A stretch of DNA of 64,000 bases. Origin: an uncultured bacterium. Its GTDB lineage: Bacteria > Actinomycetota > Acidimicrobiia > Spongiisociales > UBA5794. The notes under the pieces were generated by a model that made no database searches, was not told the origin of the DNA, and saw only the letters and a list, made by a program, of their open reading frames with translations. The DNA is taken from assembly GCA_963801165.1 (NCBI GenBank), contig CAWDDT010000011.1:320001-384000 (forward strand), written 5' to 3'. The stretch's first letter is position 1, and the number at the start of each line of letters is the position of its first letter. The position numbers and the translations under genes were made by a program. Positions 51,055 to 59,897 of the stretch are shown here, piece by piece.

Positions 51055-52022
51055 AAGCAGCAGTGCTCATCGAACCGGGAAAAATAGTGACCGACGAGGT
51101 CCCCGATCCGGAGCCGGGGCGCGGCGAGGTGAGGATCTCGGTGGGAGGAGTCGGCCTGTGCGGCTCCGATGCGAGCGTCTTCAGCGGCAAATGGAAGGCT
51201 CCGACCTATCCCTGGATCATGGGACACGAAGCGTTCGGCGTCATCGAAGCACTGGGGGCTGACGTACCGCCGGAGCGCATCGGTCAGACCGTCGTGGTCG
51301 AACCAAACGCAACTTGCTTCGACTGCGAACAGTGCCGACGGGGCTGGACTTCGGCGTGTCCCGTGCGCCAGTCGATAGGCATGAACCGCCCCGGGGCCCT
51401 CGCCGAGCGACTGGTCGTACCGAGCCGGTACGCGTGGACGATTCCGGACCTGCCCGCTCGCGACCTGGTGTGCGTCGAACCGACAACCGTGGCACAGGCG
51501 GCGCTTCGCCGCCTCGGCCCACCATCCGACCCGGCTCTCGTGGTTGGTGTTGGGGCTCAGGGTCTGATGATGACCCTTGCGCTCCTCGACCGTGGCATAA
51601 GGGTCTTTGCCCATGACGTCAACCCGGATCGGGTCACATTCGCCACCGAGCTGGGCGCACATCGAATCGAAGACAACGACACGCGGCATTTCGACCTCGT
51701 GGTCGACACGGTGGGGTCGCCACCCTCGATGGCAGTAGCACTGGATCGCGCGGAGGTGGGCGGCACAGTCCTCTGCCTGGGGCTCGACAGCCGTCAGCTG
51801 GATCTCAACGCGCAGACCCTGGTGCGACGCCAACTGATCCTGCGTGGCACGCTCACCTACGACCACCCGACGGACTTCGAGGCGTCCGTCAATCTCGTCG
51901 GCTCCGGCCGTTTTGCGCCGGGCAGGATCATCACCGATGAATTCCCATTGGAGGAGGCACAGCAGGCATTCGAACGGAGCGGATCGGCGCGTGGCAAAAC
52001 GTGGATCAGGGTTGGTAGCTGA
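51051..52022 (+). CDS. Zinc-dependent alcohol dehydrogenase
   Basis: GLCGSD, MGHE, CxxCxxC..C, VEP, VGVGAQG. Confidence 0.9.
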   Translation: MKAAVLIEPGKIVTDEVPDPEPGRGEVRISVGGVGLCGSDASVFSGKWKAPTYPWIMGHEAFGVIEALGADVPPERIGQTVVVEPNATCFDCEQCRRGWTSACPVRQSIGMNRPGALAERLVVPSRYAWTIPDLPARDLVCVEPTTVAQAALRRLGPPSDPALVVGVGAQGLMMTLALLDRGIRVFAHDVNPDRVTFATELGAHRIEDNDTRHFDLVVDTVGSPPSMAVALDRAEVGGTVLCLGLDSRQLDLNAQTLVRRQLILRGTLTYDHPTDFEASVNLVGSGRFAPGRIITDEFPLEEAQQAFERSGSARGKTWIRVGS

Positions 52023-52145
52023 TGTCGCTACCGCCTGCACCTCCGGAGCCCGTTTCGTGCCATAGACCGCATTCAAATCTTCGGAACCAGAGACTGGCAC
52101 ATAATGTCAGATCTCGTTAAGCAACGACAATCGGGAGGAGAGACA

Positions 52146-53258
52146 ATGAGCAGAGTACCTCGAATCCTCACCCTCGCGTTGGCACTCATTTTGGTGCTGG
52201 CTGCGTGCGGTGGCGATAGCGGGAGCGAGACCACGACCACGTCGGGGAGTGGCGGTGCGACGACCACCACAGCGGCTAGTGGCGGCGAGACGACAACAAC
52301 GGCGGCCGGTGGCGGTGAAACAACCACCACAGCGGCAATGCAAGAAAATGTCGAGCTCGTCCTTGCCCACAGCTATCAGGAAGGGCAGCCGCAGGTCGAG
52401 TGCGGAGCGAACGTGATCAAAGAGGTAGCCGAGTCGGCCGGTGTCGGTCTCACCATTACCATCTTCGGCGCCAGCTCCCTCGGCGGTGATGCTGACCGCA
52501 TCGAGTCGGTGATCGCGGGCGATATCGACCTCGACATCCAGGGAGCGTCGGCGCTGGCCAGCGTCTATGAGCCGATGAGCGTGGTTGACGGAGCCTTTGT
52601 GTTCGACGACAGCGACCACCTGTATCGCTACTTCACAAGCGATGCTTCCACCGCGTTGAAGGACGGGTTCCACGAGGCGACCGGCGTCCGAATCCTGGGT
52701 GCCTGGAACACGGGAGCCCGACAGTTCACCGCAAATGTGCCAATTCGTACGCCGGACGACCTCAAAGGCCTTCTCATGAGGTTCCCGCCGTCGCCCTCGT
52801 TCCTGTTGAACGCGGCTGCAATGGGCGCCGACGCGGTCGAGGTGGCGTATGAGGAGCTATACCTGGCACTTCAGCAGGGCACGGTTGACGGTCAGGAGAA
52901 CCCGATCGTCAACATCGACGCCATCAACCTCGACGAGGTTCAGGACTACATCAGCCTGTCGAGTCACCAGCTCAGCTCCAATCTTGTGATTGTCGGCCCG
53001 GTCTGGGACGAGCTAAGCCCCGAGCAGCAGCAGGCGCTCGCGGACGGTGTCGAGCAGGCGATGGTCAAAGAGCCGCAATGCTCTGCGGACGCTGAGCAGC
53101 AGATCCTCGCCGGCTGGCGCGACAGCGGCGCACTCGAGATCGTCGACGACGTCGACCGTGCGGCGTTCCGCGACAAGGTCGAGCCCTATCTACGGGACCA
53201 CTACAACGCAGACCAGATCGCAGTCCTGGAGGCGATCCGTTCCACGGCCAACGGATAA
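52146..53258 (+). CDS. dctP: TRAP transporter substrate-binding lipoprotein
   Basis: LAAC lipobox, Thr-rich linker repeats, PDDLKGL.MR, ELYLALQQGTVDGQENP. Confidence 0.9.
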   Translation: MSRVPRILTLALALILVLAACGGDSGSETTTTSGSGGATTTTAASGGETTTTAAGGGETTTTAAMQENVELVLAHSYQEGQPQVECGANVIKEVAESAGVGLTITIFGASSLGGDADRIESVIAGDIDLDIQGASALASVYEPMSVVDGAFVFDDSDHLYRYFTSDASTALKDGFHEATGVRILGAWNTGARQFTANVPIRTPDDLKGLLMRFPPSPSFLLNAAAMGADAVEVAYEELYLALQQGTVDGQENPIVNIDAINLDEVQDYISLSSHQLSSNLVIVGPVWDELSPEQQQALADGVEQAMVKEPQCSADAEQQILAGWRDSGALEIVDDVDRAAFRDKVEPYLRDHYNADQIAVLEAIRSTANG

Positions 53259-53267
53259 ACAACGGCA

Positions 53268-53295
53268 GCCGGTGCCCGGGTACCCGGGCACCGGC
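53268..53295. other. 28-bp perfect palindrome after dctP (mRNA hairpin)
   Basis: GCCGGTGCCCGGGTACCCGGGCACCGGC is its own reverse complement. Confidence 0.75.
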
Positions 53296-53372
53296 CTCGC
53301 CATCCGCCCGGCCTGTGCCCGACACGGCAGCGTTGACTACTGTCGCCACACTCGTAGGAGGATGAGATTCTG

Positions 53373-53969
53373 ATGTCCCCGCCCAACGGCCTCGAACCCG
53401 ACCACGAAAACCCGGCAGACGAGTACCAGTCTCTCGCAAACATGGAGCACCCGGAGCTACTGCCGGCGCGCGAACCGATGCGCAGAATCTTCCATGGAAT
53501 TGGAGTGATCGAGCAGGCGCTCGGCTCGCTGCTCCTGTTGGTGATCCTCTTTCTAGTTTTGACGCAAGTCGCCCAGCGCTACATCCCCGGAAGATGGCTG
53601 TGGAGCGGCGAGGTCGCTCGCTATGCCCTTGTGTGGGGCACATTTCTCATGGCCGGCTACCTAATGGCTAATCACCCGTATCACATCGCAATTCACGTCG
53701 TGGACAACGTGGTGGGCGAGCGAACGCTGGCCGTGATCAAGTTTCTGGTCAATATGGTGATCCTGCTGACCACCGTCGCCCTGTTGTACGGCAACATCGA
53801 CCTGGTAGTGAACGACATCGGGCAGGTGACGCCCGCAGCACAGATGCCGCTACGGATCGTCAACATGGTACCGCTGACCGGCCTCGTCTTGATCGTGCTG
53901 CGTGTCGTTCTCGGAATCGTGGTTGAAGACGTGCCAGCCCTCGTCAGGCGCAAGGAGAAAACAACATGA
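53373..53969 (+). CDS. dctQ: TRAP transporter small permease
   Basis: QV..RY..WSGEVARY..VW, HI, four TM helices. Confidence 0.85.
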   Translation: MSPPNGLEPDHENPADEYQSLANMEHPELLPAREPMRRIFHGIGVIEQALGSLLLLVILFLVLTQVAQRYIPGRWLWSGEVARYALVWGTFLMAGYLMANHPYHIAIHVVDNVVGERTLAVIKFLVNMVILLTTVALLYGNIDLVVNDIGQVTPAAQMPLRIVNMVPLTGLVLIVLRVVLGIVVEDVPALVRRKEKTT

Positions 53970-55240
53970 GCCTGGCACTATTACTCATCGCCATATTCGC
54001 GCTGTTCCTCCTGCGCGTCCCGATGGCGTTTGCAATCCTCGGCCCGTCCGTCATCTACTTGCTGGTCAAGGGCTACTCGACGCATCTAGCCATTCGACTC
54101 GTCATGCAGGGAATCAACAGCTGGCCGCTGCTGGCGGTTCCGCTCTTCATCCTGGTAGGGATGATCGCAACCCGGACGGAAATCGCCGACAGGTTGTTCG
54201 ACGCCGCATTGCTGCTACTTGGACCGCTGCGTGCCGGGCTGGCTTACGTCAACGTCGGCGTCAGCTTCGGCTTTTCCTGGATGAGCGGGGCCTCGCTGGC
54301 AGATGTCGCGGGCATCGGAGCTATCGAGGTCGACCAGATGCGCAAGAAGGGCTACCCGGAGTATTTCTCGGTCGGCTTGACTGCCAGTTCTGCGCTGATC
54401 AGCCCCATCATGCCTCCGAGCATCCCGGCGATCATCTTCGCATCGATTGGTGCTGTGTCCACAGGGGCTCTTTTCGCCGCCGCAGTCCTTCCGGCCATCC
54501 TCATGACCATCGCCCTGTCGATAACGATCTACTTCTGGGCAAGAAACAAACCGGAGTTCGTCGGAGAGCCGTACAACTTCACCGAACTGCGGCGCGCAGT
54601 GAGGCGTGCGCTCCCCGCATTGGGTGCGCCGGTCATCATCCTCGGCGGGATTCTCGGTGGCTACTTCACCCCCACCGAAGCGGCTGGGGTGGGTGCGCTC
54701 TACATGCTGATACTGGCAGCGTCCTATGGGTCCTTGCGCCTTCAGCAGCTGGCGGCCATCTTCCGCGACGCGGCGGTGATCAGCGCTCAGATCATGCTCA
54801 TCATCGGAGCATCTGCGCTGCTCAGCTGGGTTCTCGCTCGCGAGCAGGGGCCCCAGAAGATCGCCGAGGCCTTGCTCGGGCTGACCGACAACCCCTATGT
54901 GTTCCTGTTCATCGTGAACATCCTGCTGCTCCTCCTCGGTATGGTGCTCGAGCCAAGCTCGGCACTGGTCATCATCACACCTATCCTGTTGCCGGTGGCG
55001 ATCCAATTCGGCATCGACCCGCTGCAATTCGGGGTGATCGTCATCCTCAACCTGATGGTCGGGCTCATGACGCCACCGATGGGCGGTGTGATCTTCGTGC
55101 TCAGCTCGGTCACCGGGATTCCCATCGAGCGATGTTTCCGCGGGGCGGCGTTCTTCCTGCCGGTCATGATCGTGGTCCTGTTGCTCGTAACGTACATATC
55201 GCCGCTCACGACGTGGCTCCCGACGGCGGTCGGGCTGTGA
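53966..55240 (+). CDS. dctM: TRAP transporter large permease
   Basis: LLAVPLFIL, SGASLAD, IMPPSI, FTPTEA, GLMTPPMG. Confidence 0.92.
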   Translation: MSLALLLIAIFALFLLRVPMAFAILGPSVIYLLVKGYSTHLAIRLVMQGINSWPLLAVPLFILVGMIATRTEIADRLFDAALLLLGPLRAGLAYVNVGVSFGFSWMSGASLADVAGIGAIEVDQMRKKGYPEYFSVGLTASSALISPIMPPSIPAIIFASIGAVSTGALFAAAVLPAILMTIALSITIYFWARNKPEFVGEPYNFTELRRAVRRALPALGAPVIILGGILGGYFTPTEAAGVGALYMLILAASYGSLRLQQLAAIFRDAAVISAQIMLIIGASALLSWVLAREQGPQKIAEALLGLTDNPYVFLFIVNILLLLLGMVLEPSSALVIITPILLPVAIQFGIDPLQFGVIVILNLMVGLMTPPMGGVIFVLSSVTGIPIERCFRGAAFFLPVMIVVLLLVTYISPLTTWLPTAVGL

Positions 55241-55259
55241 GAAGGGTGGTTGTCAACCT

Positions 55260-56126
55260 ATGACGAATCGATCGGACGCAAGCTCCGCCCACCAGGGGAC
55301 GCCGACCGGGCAGGCCCACAAAGCGACATCCTGGTCAACAGCCATCACCGCGACCACCGATGATCGCGTCTTCGTACGCGGTGTGGCGCTTGATGAAGCG
55401 ATCGGCCACGAGCACTTCCCCGCAATGCTCCTCCGGCTGTGGCGTGGCGACTCGGCAACGCGGCAAGAGGCAGACCTGTTGGACGCCTGCCTGGTCGCGG
55501 CAATCGACCACGGCCCGCTGTCGCCCTCAGCGCTCGTGACTCGCACGATCGCCTCGACCCGGGCGGCCCCCATGAGTGGGCTGGCAGGCGGCATCCTCAC
55601 GTTCACAGAATTCCACGGCGCCGCAGTCACGATGGCAATGCGGATACTCGCCACCGCCCCGACAGAGGAGGAATTGACAGAGGGCGCATTGACAGAGGGG
55701 AAATTGGATGACTGGGCGAACGAGGTGTTCAACGCCGAGCGTGCAGCCGGTCGGCGCCTCCCCGGCATCGGACACCGCTGGCACCACCACGACCTACGAT
55801 CAGAACGGCTATTGGAGATTGCGGCACAGATGTCCGACGGCACGTGTGAAGCTGCGGAGCGGGCATTGGCCGCCAGAGTCAGCCACCACACTGGGAAACC
55901 GACACCGATCAACATCGACGGAGCCCTGGCGGTTGCGCTCACCGCGCTTCGTCTCGATCCGGACTACGGCGACTTTCTCTTTGCCATCGCCAGGGCGTTC
56001 GGGCTGGCGGCTCATTACGTCGAGGAGCGGACGCGGCAACGACCGATGCGCACGATCGATCCAACGATCGCCGAGTACGACGGGATCGCGATACCCCGGC
56101 ATCAATCTGAAGACACAGAGCAGTGA
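55260..56126 (+). CDS. Citryl-CoA lyase / citrate synthase family protein
   Basis: WSTAI, DHG..SPS, HGAA, PGIGH..H..D.R, NIDG, ARAFGLAAH..EE. Confidence 0.82.
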   Translation: MTNRSDASSAHQGTPTGQAHKATSWSTAITATTDDRVFVRGVALDEAIGHEHFPAMLLRLWRGDSATRQEADLLDACLVAAIDHGPLSPSALVTRTIASTRAAPMSGLAGGILTFTEFHGAAVTMAMRILATAPTEEELTEGALTEGKLDDWANEVFNAERAAGRRLPGIGHRWHHHDLRSERLLEIAAQMSDGTCEAAERALAARVSHHTGKPTPINIDGALAVALTALRLDPDYGDFLFAIARAFGLAAHYVEERTRQRPMRTIDPTIAEYDGIAIPRHQSEDTEQ

Positions 56127-56220
56127 TCGCCCCGGTGTGCGCGTGGGGTGTGCTGTTCGCGTCCTCGTAGCGAGCCACTGCTGCGGCTGCCCCGCTATCC
56201 AGACCCGGTACGCTGGTGCC

Positions 56221-57828
56221 ATGACGCCCGACCACAACCTGATTCTCACCGGATTCATGGGTACCGGCAAGACCACCGTCGGCCAGGAGTTGGCCCCGCG
56301 ACTCGGTATGGAGTTCGTGGACACAGACGAGATGATCGAGTCGCGCTACGGGCCTATCGCAACGATCTTCGCCGAGCACGGGGAGGCCCGATTCCGCGAA
56401 TTGGAGGCGCAGCTGGCGAGGGAGCTCGGACAGCGACGAGGGCTGGTGATCGCGACGGGCGGGCGGATGATTCTGGATCCGGCGAATTTCAAGGAATTGA
56501 GCCGCAACGGGCGAATCTTCTGTCTTGTGGCGACACCGGATGAGATCCACAACAGGATCATCACGGACCAGGATCGACCGGATAGACCGCTGCTCCAGGT
56601 CGACGACCCTCGCCAACGGATCATCGAGCTGATGACCGAACGACATCACGAGTACCAGCGATTCCCCCAGCTGATCACCGACCATGGAGGACCGGACGCA
56701 ATCGCCCAGGAGGTTGCCGAGCTATGGCATGGCCACAGCAGCTATACCGTCTCCAGCCCGGGGGGTGGCTACGCATACACGGTCGGTGCCGGCATCCTGC
56801 CGTTCGTTCGCCAGCTGGCGTCTATTGGCGGGCCGATGGTCGTGATCACCGATGAACGGGTTGCAGAGCTCTATCAGGCGAGCCTCGGAGAGATCGACGT
56901 CGCGGTCGTCCTTCCTGCGGGACGCGCCAGCAAAACCATCACATCGGTCCAAGCGGTTTACCGAAAGCTCCTCGCGGCGGGTGTAGACAAGTCGGCGACA
57001 GTCGTGTCGCTGGGCACGAGCATTATCGGTGACGTGGCCGGATTTGCTGCGGCTACCTATCTACGGGGCCTGGATCTTGTCCACTGCCCTACGAATCTGA
57101 TCGCGATGGTCGACACAAGCGTCGGCGGCAAGGTGGGGCTCGACGTTCCGCAAGGAAGGAACCTGATCGGGCTGTACAAACAACCTAAGGCAGTACTAGC
57201 GGATGTCGGCACTCTGCAGACTCTGCCGAGACGAGACTTTGCGTCTGGACTCGCAGAGGTGATCAAGCATGGCCTGGTCGCAAGCAGCTCGCTGCTCGAC
57301 CGTATCGAAGAGGCATCATGGGCCGATACCCCACAGCTGCTACCCGGGATGCTCACCGATATGCAGTCGCTGGTAGCCCAGGCCATCCAGATCAAGATTG
57401 CGATAGTGCAGGAAGACCCCTTCGAAGAGCGCGAACGAAGGACGGTGTTGAATCTGGGGCACACATTCGCCTACGGGATCGAACACGCCTCGAAAGGCGA
57501 GATCAACCACGGCGAAGCGGTGGCCATGGGACTCGTCGCCGCATCACGGCTGTCAGCCATGCTGGGTTACGCTCCGGCAGAGCTTGCCGACCGGGTCGAG
57601 ACGATCGTGGGACACGTGGGACTCGAGCCCCTGATGCCACCCTCTCTGGAAGTGGAAGCCGTGATCAGGGGAATGCACCACGACAAAAAGAAACGTGGCT
57701 CTCAACCACGCTTCGTTCTGCTGCGTGGCATCGGTGAGCCGTTCGTTACCGATGAGGTCAAACCCGACGACGTCTCCGTCGTGTTGAACGGGCTGAGGAG
57801 GAGACCTTCCGCCTTACGCCTGGACTAG
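56221..57828 (+). CDS. aroKB: Shikimate kinase - 3-dehydroquinate synthase-like fusion (AroK-AroB), divergent cyclase half
   Basis: LTGFMGTGKTTVG, DTD, GEARFRELE, ATGG, RPLL; then GFAAATYLRG, VDTSVGGK, AEVIKHG, LNLGHT, HGEAVA.G, DKK. Confidence 0.85.
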   Translation: MTPDHNLILTGFMGTGKTTVGQELAPRLGMEFVDTDEMIESRYGPIATIFAEHGEARFRELEAQLARELGQRRGLVIATGGRMILDPANFKELSRNGRIFCLVATPDEIHNRIITDQDRPDRPLLQVDDPRQRIIELMTERHHEYQRFPQLITDHGGPDAIAQEVAELWHGHSSYTVSSPGGGYAYTVGAGILPFVRQLASIGGPMVVITDERVAELYQASLGEIDVAVVLPAGRASKTITSVQAVYRKLLAAGVDKSATVVSLGTSIIGDVAGFAAATYLRGLDLVHCPTNLIAMVDTSVGGKVGLDVPQGRNLIGLYKQPKAVLADVGTLQTLPRRDFASGLAEVIKHGLVASSSLLDRIEEASWADTPQLLPGMLTDMQSLVAQAIQIKIAIVQEDPFEERERRTVLNLGHTFAYGIEHASKGEINHGEAVAMGLVAASRLSAMLGYAPAELADRVETIVGHVGLEPLMPPSLEVEAVIRGMHHDKKKRGSQPRFVLLRGIGEPFVTDEVKPDDVSVVLNGLRRRPSALRLD

Positions 57829-57841
57829 CCCCTCGGGATCC

Positions 57842-57861
57842 GTCGGGCTTCCCCGACTTTT
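57842..57861 (+). terminator. Short hairpin plus T-tract after aroKB
   Basis: GTCGGG-cttc-CCCGAC-TTTT. Confidence 0.45.
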
Positions 57862-57875
57862 GAATATACTCAATT

Positions 57876-58763
57876 GTGATTGGCAGGTGTCAAGTGAGTG
57901 TCCCGGAGCCAGGAGCACCAAGAGCGCAACCCACGACCGAGTCGGCGGTCGACCCAACGGAGAGGTTTGACTCTGCCCCGGAGTGGATCCGACGCGTTCT
58001 CGAGGAACGCATCATGGCCGGTGGCCTGGAACCGGGGGATCACATCGGGCTGAAGGCCGACCTCCAAAAGGAGTTCGGCGTCGCCGGCCCCACATTGGAC
58101 ATGGCGCTGAAACTGCTTGCGAATGACGGTCTCGTAGCGCTGCGGCGCGGGCCGAAGGGCGGTGTCTTCGTCGCACGCTCACAGCCAGTTCTCCGCATGG
58201 GCACAAAGCAGCTGTGGGCGAGGGATGCCCGCACGTTGGGTGAGAACATCGAACTGCGAGAGGCTTTGACATCACTGGTAGGTGTGTCTGCTGCGAGGGC
58301 CGATGATCGGGACCCGACTCTGATTGACGAACTCGTTCGCCTGGCCGACCAGCTGCGCGCTTCCGACATATCGTTCGACACTCAACGGCTCATCTGGCGC
58401 GGGCATCGCATCCTGGTCGAACTCGCCGACAGCGCGACTCTCCGCTTGATATACCTGAATCTGCTGGATGCCGCCGAGTCGTTGATCCTCAAGGTCGAGT
58501 TCCCGCAAACCGGCATCGAGGCGAAGCGGGAGAGGAACCGGATCGACGCTCACGCAAACTTATTCGCCGCAGTTGCTGACGCCGACTTGGAACTGGCCAG
58601 AGAATACGGCGACATAGTGAGGATCGTGTCTCCACTGGGGAGAGATGGCCACCTTGTCACCGTTAGCGAGTCCACACCGTCTCGAATCCGGCCGAACGAG
58701 ACCGCATCTAGTGCAACCGAACCCGGCACGATGCACCGGCGAGATAACGTCAGCCGTCGGTGA
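57876..58763 (+). CDS. GntR/FadR family regulator
   Basis: LEPGD, LQKEFGVA..T...AL..L...GLV..RRGPKGG.FV wHTH plus FCD-like region; start uncertain. Confidence 0.8.
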   Translation: MIGRCQVSVPEPGAPRAQPTTESAVDPTERFDSAPEWIRRVLEERIMAGGLEPGDHIGLKADLQKEFGVAGPTLDMALKLLANDGLVALRRGPKGGVFVARSQPVLRMGTKQLWARDARTLGENIELREALTSLVGVSAARADDRDPTLIDELVRLADQLRASDISFDTQRLIWRGHRILVELADSATLRLIYLNLLDAAESLILKVEFPQTGIEAKRERNRIDAHANLFAAVADADLELAREYGDIVRIVSPLGRDGHLVTVSESTPSRIRPNETASSATEPGTMHRRDNVSRR

Positions 58764-58789
58764 CTACCAGCATCTGGTGCATCTGACGA

Positions 58790-59887
58790 TCACTCGCAGT
58801 CGAAGCCGACGCCCTGCTGGACACCGTCTATCACCAGGTTCGGATCGGCGGTGAGACCGGTTGCTTCAACGGTGAAATCGTCGAAGTCGACGGCAACGTA
58901 GAACCCTGTCACCCTGATGCTCCCGCCACCCGCGGCCATTGCATCGCCGAGCGTGTCTCCGAGCTCCAGCCCCAAAGGTAGCTCGACGTGCTCGGGGAGC
59001 GGCCCGCCCGCTTCGGGCTGACCGGTGCCGTCGAGCTTGTAGCGCCAGCCCGCCAGACCAAGTTCCCCGTTGCCGGTATCGACCGTCCTGATGGCGGTGA
59101 GCAACGACCCCCAGCGCACCAATCGCATGTTGGGGTCGGGCAGGAAGTAGGGGCAACTCCAGGGCGTGTCCTCGGTTGGAGGTCCCAGCAGATCGGTCAA
59201 TTGGGCGACGGTGTCCTTCTCGCTCGTCCCCAGCGGGACGTCGATCAGGTCGCCGGCCGGGGTCACGACCAGGCGCGGGGAAACGTCGAGGTGGAGGGCT
59301 CGGGCGAGGAAAGTGGCCATCTGCTCCCTGGTCACCGGATCCCGAGGACAAAACAACGTGTTATCAGGCGGATTACAACCCTTAGTGATCCCCGCAGCCG
59401 CCAACGCCCCGATACTCGCCACATGCACCGAACCCGCAATATCAGAAAACGACGCCGACCCGGCAGGCAAACCCAACGCCCGCACCAAAAACGTCGCCAT
59501 CTGCTCCCTGGTCACCGGATCCCGAGGACAAAACAACGTGTTATCAGGCGGATTACAACCCTTAGTAATCCCCGCAGCCGCCAACGCCCCAATACTCGCC
59601 ACATGCACCGAACCCGCAACATCAGAAAACGACGCCGACCCGGCAGGCAAACCCAACGCCCTCACCAAAAACGTCGCCATCTGCTCCCTGGTCACCACAT
59701 CCTGCGGACAAAACAAATCATTCACAGGCGGATTACAACCCTTAGTAATCCCCGCATCCGCAATCGCCTCGATCGACCGGATATGAACCGAGTTGTCGTC
59801 GTCGGTGAAAAACCCGGAGGCGTTCGCCGGCCCGACCATGACTCCGACAATCAGAAAGACAACTAGAGCGACGAGTCGGCTACGCAT
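58790..59887 (-). CDS. Secreted SLH-domain protein with unknown C-terminal domain
   Basis: Signal peptide, three SLH repeats (GCNPP..FCP..VTREQMATFL), C-terminal domain with two Cys. Confidence 0.85.
   Translation of the reverse strand: MRSRLVALVVFLIVGVMVGPANASGFFTDDDNSVHIRSIEAIADAGITKGCNPPVNDLFCPQDVVTREQMATFLVRALGLPAGSASFSDVAGSVHVASIGALAAAGITKGCNPPDNTLFCPRDPVTREQMATFLVRALGLPAGSASFSDIAGSVHVASIGALAAAGITKGCNPPDNTLFCPRDPVTREQMATFLARALHLDVSPRLVVTPAGDLIDVPLGTSEKDTVAQLTDLLGPPTEDTPWSCPYFLPDPNMRLVRWGSLLTAIRTVDTGNGELGLAGWRYKLDGTGQPEAGGPLPEHVELPLGLELGDTLGDAMAAGGGSIRVTGFYVAVDFDDFTVEATGLTADPNLVIDGVQQGVGFDCE
59286..59776. repeat. 491-bp direct repeat copy 1 (SLH cassette, internal 180-bp period)
   Basis: Matches 61099-61589 (offset 1813) with a single mismatch by manual alignment. 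Confidence 0.92.
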
Positions 59888-59897
59888 GCGGGTCTCC

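Noticed and set aside
52225-52335. Repeated GGETTTTAA-coding DNA in dctP
   Set aside because: Ordinary low-complexity lipoprotein linker
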